Assembly: GCA_027320085.1 (NCBI GenBank)
Contig: DAHVLZ010000005.1
Coordinates: forward strand, 1-64,000
Direction of reading: 5' to 3'
Origin: Pseudomonadota bacterium
GTDB taxonomy: Bacteria; Pseudomonadota; Gammaproteobacteria; JAKAQQ01
DNA length: 64,000 nt
The notes beneath the pieces were generated by a model. The model made no database searches, was not told the origin of the DNA, and saw only the letters and a list, made by a program, of their open reading frames with translations. This document shows, piece after piece, positions 40,481-48,746 of the stretch. The position numbers and the translations under genes were made by a program. Positions within the stretch are counted from its first letter, which is position 1. Every line of letters begins with the position of its first letter.

Positions 40481-41404
40481 ATGCACATCATACTGGTCCG
40501 ATCGAATGCCCGCTCCATCACCCTCCGGTGGAGTCGGCGGGCGGGTGCACTGGGGGCTCTTGCCGGCCTGGTTTTGATCGGCGGTTTCCTCGGGGTGGGC
40601 TACGAATGGGCCCGCTCCGGTGGATCCGTCTCGCCGGTGATCGTCGCCCACTGGCGCGGACACCTGGCTGCCGAGGCTGCCACGCTCCGGACCCTCAGGC
40701 GGGAGAACCGGTCGGAGATTGATGCCCTGGCCCAGCGGGTGGCCGGGCTTGAGGCCCGCATGAGCCAGCTCGACGCGCTCGGCGCGGTCCTCACCCAGCG
40801 TGCCGGGATCAGCCCGAAACTTTTCAACTTCAACGCTCCGGTTCCCGAGGGAGGACCCTCGAATCGATCCCGGGAGATCCCGCTTTCGGCCCACGAGCTG
40901 TCCGGACGCATCGACCGGCTGGCCGACCAGATCGGCGCCCAGCGGCTTGCGCTCCGCTCCCTCAACCGGCGGGTCGCGGAGACCCGTCTCCGGCGTCAGA
41001 TCGTCCCCGAGGGACACCCGGTCCGGAGCTTTTGGGTCTCCTCGCCCTTCGGCTGGCGAATCGACCCCATCACCGGGCGGCTCGAGTTTCACGAAGGCAT
41101 CGATCTTGCGGCACCGCAGGGCGAACCGATCCATGCAGTGGCCGCCGGGGTCGTGACCTGGGCGGGTCCACGCTACGGTTTCGGCAATATCGTGATCGTG
41201 AACGACGGGCAGGGTTACACGACTTATTACGCGCATTGCGAGAAGGTCTTTGTCAAGGTGGGGCAGGTGATCCGGCGGGGGTCCGTCATCGCCCTGGTCG
41301 GGGATACCGGCATGTCGACCGGCCCCCATGTGCATTTTGAAGTGCTGCGCAATGACCGGCCCCTCAATCCGGCTCCCTTTGTCTTCGCGTCGCGCGGTGG
41401 TTGA
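40481..41404 (+). CDS. M23 family metallopeptidase
   Basis: SSPFGWRIDP, FHEGID, YAHC, STGPHVHFEV. Confidence 0.93.
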   Translation: MHIILVRSNARSITLRWSRRAGALGALAGLVLIGGFLGVGYEWARSGGSVSPVIVAHWRGHLAAEAATLRTLRRENRSEIDALAQRVAGLEARMSQLDALGAVLTQRAGISPKLFNFNAPVPEGGPSNRSREIPLSAHELSGRIDRLADQIGAQRLALRSLNRRVAETRLRRQIVPEGHPVRSFWVSSPFGWRIDPITGRLEFHEGIDLAAPQGEPIHAVAAGVVTWAGPRYGFGNIVIVNDGQGYTTYYAHCEKVFVKVGQVIRRGSVIALVGDTGMSTGPHVHFEVLRNDRPLNPAPFVFASRGG

Positions 41405-41479
41405 GGGCCGGTCTTCCCTCGGGTAGCGCTTCAGTCGTCCATCGGGAGGTACGGAGACCCGGGAAAGCATTTCTTTCTT

Positions 41480-41693
41480 CTTACAAGGCCTCCACCCCTT
41501 GCGAGCGGGCGGCGTATGTTTGCGCAGCGTTCCCTTGACCCATCCACGACCCTTCTCATGGGTCTCTTTCTTCAGCCGGGCAATGAGCGTCGCTCGGCGC
41601 ACGCCCGACCGTCGCGCGGTCTCGCGGACGCGCAGGCCTCGATGCTTGATCTCAACGGCCTCGAGGAATTTTTTTGGCTTCTTCCTGCTTCAT
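41480..41693 (-). pseudogene. Probable transposase N-terminal HTH remnant
   Basis: MKQEEAKK|FLEAVEIKHRGLRVRETARRSGVRRATLIARLKK...GRGWVKGTLRKHT, frameshifted in an A7 run. Confidence 0.4.
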
Positions 41694-41818
41694 TGCAAAT
41701 ATCCCCCGATCCTCGCGTGCTAAGATGAAGCTGTCATGCCGGCCACAAAAGTAAACACCGTCATGCCGCCCGCGGACGCGGGGGTGGTCCGGTTTCATTC
41801 CCAACCCGGCCTTTACCC

Positions 41819-42115
41819 ATGGCAGCAAAGACGACATCTCATCTGGAAATGATCACGACGCACCTCAACGCGCCGTATGGGGAGGGGGTTGCCCCGTCTG
41901 ATCTGGAGCTTGCATTGTGCGCGGGGTCTCTCGCCAGCATCAAGCCTGGTCTGGGCCGGGCACTATTGATGACGTTGTTTATCGAGTGCTCACCCAAGAC
42001 CATATTGTCAGCCGCCCTGGAAGCGGGGGGCTCCTGGCGCACCGTGCGGTCCCTGTACGAGGAGACCGTGGCCAGCGGAATGCAGCGCGTGAAGGATTGG
42101 GAAACCGCAGCATGA
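41819..42115 (+). CDS. Small hypothetical protein, candidate antitoxin
   Basis: 98 aa with HLNAPYG and LFIECSP; ATGA overlap with the downstream AbiEii-like gene. Confidence 0.7.
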   Translation: MAAKTTSHLEMITTHLNAPYGEGVAPSDLELALCAGSLASIKPGLGRALLMTLFIECSPKTILSAALEAGGSWRTVRSLYEETVASGMQRVKDWETAA

Positions 42116-42813
42116 CGACCCATCAGGAAATCCAGGACTTCAAGGATCATGGCCCGTGGCGCGCGCTCGTGGCACTCGCGGCGGATATGGCTGCTGATGC
42201 TGAACGGCGTGCGGGTGGAGTTCACATGAACCCGCTGATCGGTGGCGGCACACGGATCATGCTGGCCATCGAGCATCGAATCAGCGACGATGTTGATTTA
42301 TTTGTCCACGATGCGCAGTGGATCGGATTTCTAACGCCGCGACTCAACGAGAAGTTCGACGACCGCCTGAGTGGCTATGAGGAAGATGCCACATGGATAA
42401 AACTCAAACACCGGGATGGGGAGATCGACTTCATTGTGAGTGGTTCATTGCTGGACCGGAAGCCGGATTGTGATCCCGCGTTGCCGTTTGCCCTCGAGCC
42501 CGTCGAAGAAGTCATCGCGAAGAAACTCTTCTACCGGGGATGGGCATTGACGGCACGGGATCTGTTCGACTGGAAGGCGGTCAGTGAGCATCCACGCTAT
42601 CGACACATCCCGGATGTGATTGCTGCTGTGTTGACTGCTGATCGCCGTGCGCTGCTTGCTGCCTCCATTGAAAAATTGAGCCTTTTGCCGGAAGCGACAA
42701 GGCAATGGGAGGGTATCCGCGCTGCCGCACTCGTCCCGCTGTCCGATGCGCTTGCATGGGCCCAGGCCGAGATTCAGGCGATGACGGTTCTCCAAACAAC
42801 TGCACGCGGCTGA
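42112..42813 (+). CDS. AbiEii/AbiGii-family nucleotidyltransferase (intact)
   Basis: IGGGTRIML, HRISDDVDLF, EIDFIV, EVIAKKLFYRG, ARDLFD. Confidence 0.85.
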   Translation: MTTHQEIQDFKDHGPWRALVALAADMAADAERRAGGVHMNPLIGGGTRIMLAIEHRISDDVDLFVHDAQWIGFLTPRLNEKFDDRLSGYEEDATWIKLKHRDGEIDFIVSGSLLDRKPDCDPALPFALEPVEEVIAKKLFYRGWALTARDLFDWKAVSEHPRYRHIPDVIAAVLTADRRALLAASIEKLSLLPEATRQWEGIRAAALVPLSDALAWAQAEIQAMTVLQTTARG

Positions 42814-42901
42814 GAAGGGGATGAAGCGAGCGGAGGACGGACAGTAATCCGGCCTCCATCTTGGCCGGTGAGTTCTCGCATGCGGCTCTGCAGAGCTGGA
42901 T

Positions 42902-42994
42902 GCGCGGGTGGCTCAGGGGGTGGAGCGGCGGCCCGCGCCCTGCAAGGGTCTCCCAAAGCGGCCGGTGGGGGGTTCAAGCCCCTCTCGGCGTGCC
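42902..42994 (+). ncRNA. tRNA-like element or degenerate tRNA with an elongated anticodon arm
   Basis: Acceptor GCGCGGG/TCGGCGT, U8, D stem GCTC/GAGC, T arm GGGGG-TTCAAGC-CCCTC, 3' G-CCG. Confidence 0.5.
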
Positions 42995-43690
42995 GATCGG
43001 AGATGCGGTATCCGGGTGCTCCGTCCACCCCCGTCGGTAGACGCCACGGAGGGACTTGCGCCCTTCAAGGGAATTGCCCGCAATGGCAGCCCCCTCATGG
43101 GCCACGGCGATACAGAGGATGCGTACCCGTTCCATGACGAGTGCTGGAGCAGCCTGTACGAGACGATACAAAGGGGGAAAACCCGCAGATCCACCAGCCG
43201 ATTGCGCATCAGGGCGTAGAGATACCGGAATATCGGCGCCCAGTCCTGTCGAAGAGGGCAGGCTGTCTATAAGGCCCTGATCGGCGCATGCGGGATCCGT
43301 GTGCCTTTCGATGGCTGGCCCTGAAAACGGGTAGCGATCCTGCGCTTGGCGTCCCGTCGGCTCCGCCCCGTGGGGTGGAACCCCCCGTGGCCTTGCTCAG
43401 GGGCTATACTTTCCGCCATCTACGGGAATGTTTCCTGAAACCCAAGCGCCTCTGTGGCCGGGAACCGCTTTGGACGCAAGCATCCCAGGGGGGAATGGTG
43501 GGTGCGGTATACCCAGCGGTCGTCCGTCGCCATCTTGAGGAATGCCAGGGACCACGGCCCCCTTCCGGGCGGCGGCGCTTTCGTCCCATGCCCTGAAGAA
43601 GGTGGGGGTTCCCGTGCCGTTCTATAATTCACCGTTTACCGGGAGCGGCGGCTTTCCGCCCGACCCGGAATCAGCCCGGAGCCCCGAGAG

Positions 43691-46396
43691 ATGATGCGAA
43701 CGCTTGCCCACAAGGTTTTTGGCAGCCGCAACGAGCGGGTGATCCGGCGTCTGCGCCGACAGGTGGTGGCGATCAACGCGCTCGAATCCCGCTGTCAGGC
43801 CCTGGCTGATGGCGACCTGCCCGCCGAGACGGCCGCGCTCAAGGCCCGCCATGCCGCGGGGGAATCCCTGGACCGGCTCCTGCCCGAGGCCTTCGCGCTC
43901 ATGCGCGAGGCGGCGCGGCGGACGATCGGCCTGCGCCCGTTCGATGTCCAGCTCATCGGGGGCATGGTGCTCCACGACGGGCGGATCGCCGAGATGGCCA
44001 CGGGTGAGGGGAAAACCCTGATGGCGACACTCCCGGTCTATCTCAATGCGCTGACGGGCAAGGGGGTCCATCTCGTCACCGTGAACGAGTATTTGGCGAA
44101 CCGCGATGCGGAATGGATGCGTCCGGCCTATGAGGCCCTGGGACTTTCGGTCGGCATCATCCACTCGGATCAGCCGCTCGAGGGGAAGCAGGCAGCCTAT
44201 GCCGCCGATGTCGTCTACGGAACCAACCACGAGTTCGTATTCGACTACCTGCGGGACAACATGGCCTTTGAAGCCACGGAACGGGTGCAGCGGAAGCTCC
44301 ACTACGCGATCGTTGACGAGGTCGATTCCATTCTCATCGACGAGGCACGGACCCCGCTCATCATCTCCGGCCCGGTGGAGGAGGACACCAACCTCTATGC
44401 CGTGATCGACCGGCTGGCCCGCCGGCTGGTCCCGCAGCGGGAGAAGGACGGCCCGGGCGACTTCGAGATCGACGAGAAGACCAAGCAGGTCTATCTTACC
44501 GAAAGCGGGCATCATGCCTTCGAGCAGCTTCTGCTCGAGGCCCGGCAGATCGCCCCCGGCGAAAGCCTCTACGAGCCCCAAAACCTGAAGTTCATGCACT
44601 ACGTCCAGGCGGCGCTCCGTGCCCAGCATCTGTACAAGCGCGAGGTGGACTATATCGTCCGGGATGGCGAAATCGTGATCGTGGATGAATTCACGGGCCG
44701 GACGATGGAGGGACGGCGCTGGTCCGAGGGGCTGCACCAGGCGATCGAGGCCAAGGAGGGACTCCGGGTCCAGGCGGAAAACCAGACGATGGCGTCGATC
44801 ACCTACCAGAATTTCTTCCGTCTCTACGAAAAACTGTCCGGGATGACCGGTACGGCCGATACCGAGGCCTATGAATTTCTGGACATCTACCGTCTCGAAG
44901 TGGTGGTGGTCCCGACCCACCGGCCCATGATCCGGAATGACTATCCGGACCTGGTCTATCTGGGCAAGAAGCGCAAGTTCGAGGCCATCGTCGAGGACAT
45001 CGTGGAGCGCCATGAGCGGCAACAGCCGGTTCTGGTCGGCACGACCTCGATCGAGAACTCCGAGTACCTGTCCGAAATGCTCAAGCGCCGGCGGATTCCG
45101 CACGCGGTGCTCAATGCCAAGCAGCACCAGCGCGAGGCCGAGATCATCGCGCAGGCCGGACGGCCGGGCACCGTGACGATTGCGACCAACATGGCCGGAC
45201 GCGGAACCGATATTGTCCTGGGTGGCAACCTGAATGCGGAACTGGCGGAGCTTCAGGGCCGTCCCGAGGAAGCCCAGCGAGCCCGGGCCGACTGGGCGAC
45301 CCGTCACGCCAAGGTGTTGTCAGCAGGCGGACTGGCCATTGTCGGCTCGGAGCGCCATGAATCCCGCCGGATCGACAACCAGTTGAGGGGCCGCTCGGGG
45401 CGTCAGGGCGACCCGGGAGACAGCCGGTTCTACCTGTCCCTCGAAGACGACCTCATGCGCATCTTCGCGGCCGACCGTCTCAAGGGGCTCATGGGCAAGC
45501 TCGGCATGCAGGAGGATGAGGCCCTGGAACACCCATGGGTCACGAAGACCATCGAGAACGCACAGCGCAAGGTCGAGGCGCACAACTACGACATGCGGAA
45601 GCAGCTGCTCGACTACGACGACGTGTCCAGCGAGCAACGCCGGCTGGTCTACCAGCAGCGCAATGCCCTGCTCGATGCCGACAACGTGATGGACTCGGTG
45701 CACGAGATGCAGGTCGGGGTCATCGAGCGGCTGCTCGATCCCCTGATCCTGCCCGGAACCCAGGCGGAGCATTGGGACTTGGGCACCCTGGAGGAGGACC
45801 TCAAGCGCGATTTCGACCTGCGTTTCCCGCTCGCGGCCTGGGTCGAGGCCCATCCGGAGGACGGTCGGGAAGCGTTGGCCCGGGATCTCGTGACCGGGTT
45901 GGAGCGAGCCTGGCAGGAGAAGGTGCGGGTCCTCGGAACGGAGGAAATGAACCGCTTTGCCCGCCAGGTCATGCTCATGACGCTCGACGAACTCTGGAGG
46001 GAACATCTGGCCGCCATGGAATACCTGCGCCAGGGTATCCACCTCCGGGGCTATGCCCAGGTTGATCCCAAACAGGCCTACAAGAGCGAGGCCTTCTCGA
46101 TGTTCACCCAGCTCCTCGACCGGATCCAGTTCGATACCGTGAGTGTGCTCGCCAAGGTCGAGATCCGGGCACCGGACGAGGTGGCGGAGCGGGAACGGAA
46201 GCGCCGGCGGTCACAGAACTTGCAACTGGAACAGGCCCGCCTGGAGGGAGGGGTGGCCGGGGAGCCGGACGGTCTCCCGCCCGCGGCGCAGATGCCGTTT
46301 GTCCGCACCGGCCGCAAGATCGGCCGCAATGAACCCTGCCCCTGCGGGTCGGGGCTCAAGTACAAGAACTGTCACGGACGCATCCAGGATTTGTAA
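43691..46396 (+). CDS. secA: Preprotein translocase ATPase SecA
   Basis: [52 protein letters not shown]; TATAAT at 43623. Confidence 0.98.
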   Translation: MMRTLAHKVFGSRNERVIRRLRRQVVAINALESRCQALADGDLPAETAALKARHAAGESLDRLLPEAFALMREAARRTIGLRPFDVQLIGGMVLHDGRIAEMATGEGKTLMATLPVYLNALTGKGVHLVTVNEYLANRDAEWMRPAYEALGLSVGIIHSDQPLEGKQAAYAADVVYGTNHEFVFDYLRDNMAFEATERVQRKLHYAIVDEVDSILIDEARTPLIISGPVEEDTNLYAVIDRLARRLVPQREKDGPGDFEIDEKTKQVYLTESGHHAFEQLLLEARQIAPGESLYEPQNLKFMHYVQAALRAQHLYKREVDYIVRDGEIVIVDEFTGRTMEGRRWSEGLHQAIEAKEGLRVQAENQTMASITYQNFFRLYEKLSGMTGTADTEAYEFLDIYRLEVVVVPTHRPMIRNDYPDLVYLGKKRKFEAIVEDIVERHERQQPVLVGTTSIENSEYLSEMLKRRRIPHAVLNAKQHQREAEIIAQAGRPGTVTIATNMAGRGTDIVLGGNLNAELAELQGRPEEAQRARADWATRHAKVLSAGGLAIVGSERHESRRIDNQLRGRSGRQGDPGDSRFYLSLEDDLMRIFAADRLKGLMGKLGMQEDEALEHPWVTKTIENAQRKVEAHNYDMRKQLLDYDDVSSEQRRLVYQQRNALLDADNVMDSVHEMQVGVIERLLDPLILPGTQAEHWDLGTLEEDLKRDFDLRFPLAAWVEAHPEDGREALARDLVTGLERAWQEKVRVLGTEEMNRFARQVMLMTLDELWREHLAAMEYLRQGIHLRGYAQVDPKQAYKSEAFSMFTQLLDRIQFDTVSVLAKVEIRAPDEVAERERKRRRSQNLQLEQARLEGGVAGEPDGLPPAAQMPFVRTGRKIGRNEPCPCGSGLKYKNCHGRIQDL

Positions 46397-47408
46397 GGAT
46401 CCCGGCGGAGCGAAAGCGGGTTCTCCCGTCGATTCAGCGGGGGAGGCGGGGAGCCCCGACACGCCCGCCCCGCCGGAGCCCCCCGCAATCGTCGCCCTTT
46501 GTCTCTCGGATGATGAGGGACGATTCCTGATCCAGAAACGTCCGGCCGGCCGCTCCTGGGCAGGGTTCTGGGAATTTCCCGGGGGCAAGGTGCAGTCCGG
46601 TGAACGGCCCGAGGAGGCCCTCGTGCGGGAGGCCAGGGAGGAACTCGGGATCGAGGTCGGTGAGTGCAGGCGCTTTTGCCGGCAGGCCGGACCGACGGCC
46701 CACGGGCGGGTATCGATCGCTTTTTATGCCGCGCATGTCTTTGCCGGAACCCCCGAGCCCCGGGACGGCCAGACGCTCGCGTGGTCGGGGCCCGATCAAT
46801 TGCGGGCTCGGTCCTGGTTGCCCGCGGATCAGCCCCTGGTGGATGCTCTGGCGGCCGGACCCTGGTGTGGTCTCACTCCCCGGCTCGACCATCCGGATCC
46901 GGATCGCATCGCCACAGGCTTTGCCCGGGCCATCGCCTCGGGTGTGGGCTTTTTCGTGATCCGTCCGGCTCCCGGGACCCGGTGGACCCCCTCCGAGCGG
47001 GAGCCGCTTCGTCTCTGGGCCCGAAGGGAAGGCGTGCGTCTTGCCTTCGGGCACCCGGGAGGAGCCCCCGACGGAGAAGAGGATCTTCACCTCACGTCCG
47101 AATCCGCCCGCTGTCTGGATTGGCGTCCCGTCCCGCACGGGATCCGGCTCGGGATCTCCTGCCATGATCCCATGGAGATCGGACGGGCGAATCGGCTCGG
47201 TGCCGACTATCTCTTCCTGGGTCCGCTCCGACCGACGCCGAGCCATCCCGGGTCATCCGGGCTGGGTTGGGCATGCTGGTCGGAGTGGGCGAGCGCGGCA
47301 CTTTGCCCGGTCTATGCGATCGGGGGCCTCGGCCCCGATGACCTGGATGGGGTCCGTCGGGCCGGCGGTTTCGGGGTGGCTGCGATCCGGGCCTTCTGGG
47401 ACGAGTGA
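46329..47408 (+). CDS. mutT: Nudix (MutT-like) hydrolase fused to a ThiE-like domain (start uncertain)
   Basis: [27 protein letters not shown] Nudix box; [23 protein letters not shown]. Confidence 0.85.
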   Translation: MNPAPAGRGSSTRTVTDASRICKDPGGAKAGSPVDSAGEAGSPDTPAPPEPPAIVALCLSDDEGRFLIQKRPAGRSWAGFWEFPGGKVQSGERPEEALVREAREELGIEVGECRRFCRQAGPTAHGRVSIAFYAAHVFAGTPEPRDGQTLAWSGPDQLRARSWLPADQPLVDALAAGPWCGLTPRLDHPDPDRIATGFARAIASGVGFFVIRPAPGTRWTPSEREPLRLWARREGVRLAFGHPGGAPDGEEDLHLTSESARCLDWRPVPHGIRLGISCHDPMEIGRANRLGADYLFLGPLRPTPSHPGSSGLGWACWSEWASAALCPVYAIGGLGPDDLDGVRRAGGFGVAAIRAFWDE

Positions 47409-47808
47409 ACGACACACAGGGTGGATGCAGGAGCGGATGGCACCGTGAAAGGCCGATACCTGGCGAATCGGGCAATCTGCACGTTGGGCTGGCCGGGAAA
47501 CCCCACACAAGGCGCCCGGCAGTTCCTGCAAACAGCCTGCCCCCCGCCACACACTGGTCCTCAAACTCTGGGCACAGCCAAGCAAAACACTCCCGACATG
47601 GCCCTGTCTTTGCACCGTCTTCTACCGGATTGACCGGCCTGTCAACCCGGTGGCACAAAAATCGCCTCGGTCTGTCTCACCTGTGCCCCTGAACAACCAC
47701 GATAACCCACCTGGGTCTTCGGCAGGGCCGCCGGCTTACTGTGCTGCGTGACCGAGCAGCTGTTTCACCCGAAAAGCAGGTCTGATCGATCCAGCCCCGA
47801 GCGACCCC

Positions 47809-48180
47809 TCACGCAGCCGCAGCCTTCATGACGAAGTCAGCGCGGATCTCGTCGAACGGTACGCAAAGCTTGCCGTCAGGGGTCTTCTCGACCAGGCTGT
47901 ACTTGATCATGGCAGCCGCGTCGTCGTGCACGCGCCGCACGTCGCGTTCGAGCTCGCGCGCCAAGGCGCGCACTCCGATGGGCCCGGTGCGCTGCAGGCA
48001 CTCAATGAGCTCCCATCGCTTCGGGGTCAGGATCCGAAAGAGCGCCGCCGGGGATTCAAAATCGAAGTGCTCGCCGGCGTATTTGCCGCTCTTCCACGCC
48101 GAGAGAAATCCTGCCCGGGCAGCCTCAAGGCCCTCGTTCGCCTTTCGGATATGGATGATGGCGATGCGTCGCTGGGTCAT
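47809..48180 (-). CDS. HVO_A0114-like HTH protein, antitoxin candidate
   Basis: FESPAALFRILTPKRWELI, GVRALARELERDVRRVHDD, VPFDEI. Confidence 0.8.
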   Translation of the reverse strand: MTQRRIAIIHIRKANEGLEAARAGFLSAWKSGKYAGEHFDFESPAALFRILTPKRWELIECLQRTGPIGVRALARELERDVRRVHDDAAAMIKYSLVEKTPDGKLCVPFDEIRADFVMKAAAA

Positions 48181-48461
48181 CGGTTCCTCCTCTGCGCCAC
48201 GTCGCGCAGAAAATCATTGAGCAGTTTCTCCGGGTTCTCGAATCGGTAGGGTTCCTCGCGGGAACCCTCGTGTCGATGATCGCCCTTCGGGCGCTCGTTG
48301 TCGTAGCCAACCTCACGCCGGCCCGCCTGCCCGTAGAACAGACGGTACTTGTATGGATGCCGCGAGCCGGTGACAGGTTTCGGCACCCGCCAGATCACCA
48401 TCTCGAGGATCGCACCATCGTCGAAGTCTTCGCGATAGTGATACACGAGGATGGCAAGCAT
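48177..48461 (-). CDS. DUF6516 (TumE-like) toxin
   Basis: IWRVPKPVTGSRHPYKYRLFYG, GYDNERPKGDHRH, LLNDFLRDV. Confidence 0.8.
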   Translation of the reverse strand: MLAILVYHYREDFDDGAILEMVIWRVPKPVTGSRHPYKYRLFYGQAGRREVGYDNERPKGDHRHEGSREEPYRFENPEKLLNDFLRDVAQRRNR

Positions 48462-48467
48462 ATTGTC

Positions 48468-48508
48468 GATTGTGCCAACGCAGCGGGGGGGTTGTCAAGC
48501 ATGACAAC
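48468..48508 (-). promoter_or_regulatory. Promoter/operator of the DUF6516 operon
   Basis: Palindrome GTTGTCA-AGCA-TGACAAC (48491-48508) containing -35 TTGACA on the minus strand; CACAAT -10 ends 6 bp before the ATG. Confidence 0.6.
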
Positions 48509-48677
48509 ACAGGTGTTAGCGCAAAGCCGTCATGTCCCTTTTCGGTTTCAGGAGAGGTCATGGCGAGGCGGGGCATTTAAGAGGTCAAGGGCCGAGTGGA
48601 CGAGACGCAGGATCCGTGGAGCTGCGGTACGGTCGGCCAGGCCCGCTGTTAATATGACCATGGCCCGGCGTTTTGCC

Positions 48678-48706
48678 AAGACATTTAATTGACATTGTTT
48701 TGACAC
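48678..48706 (+). promoter_or_regulatory. Pho-box-like 11-bp direct repeats
   Basis: AAGACAT-TTAA-TTGACAT-TGTT-TTGACAC upstream of a phosphoesterase gene. Confidence 0.5.
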
Positions 48707-48746
48707 GGCGCCGCGTTGCTGTACGCGTCTGGGCCAAGCCTCCTGT

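Noticed and set aside
20491-46042. Many long antisense or alternate-frame ORFs over dcw, lpxC and secA
   Set aside because: Shadow ORFs expected from GC-rich codon bias opposite well-conserved genes.
47421-47432. GTGGATGCAGGA shared with yacG 57603-57614, and GATGAACCCGGGTG at 53016
   Set aside because: Isolated 12-14 nt matches without extension; may be chance.
48473-48521. Integron attC-like site (GCCAAC...GTTAGCG)
   Set aside because: Too short, explained by the TA operator palindrome, and no intI or attC array is present.
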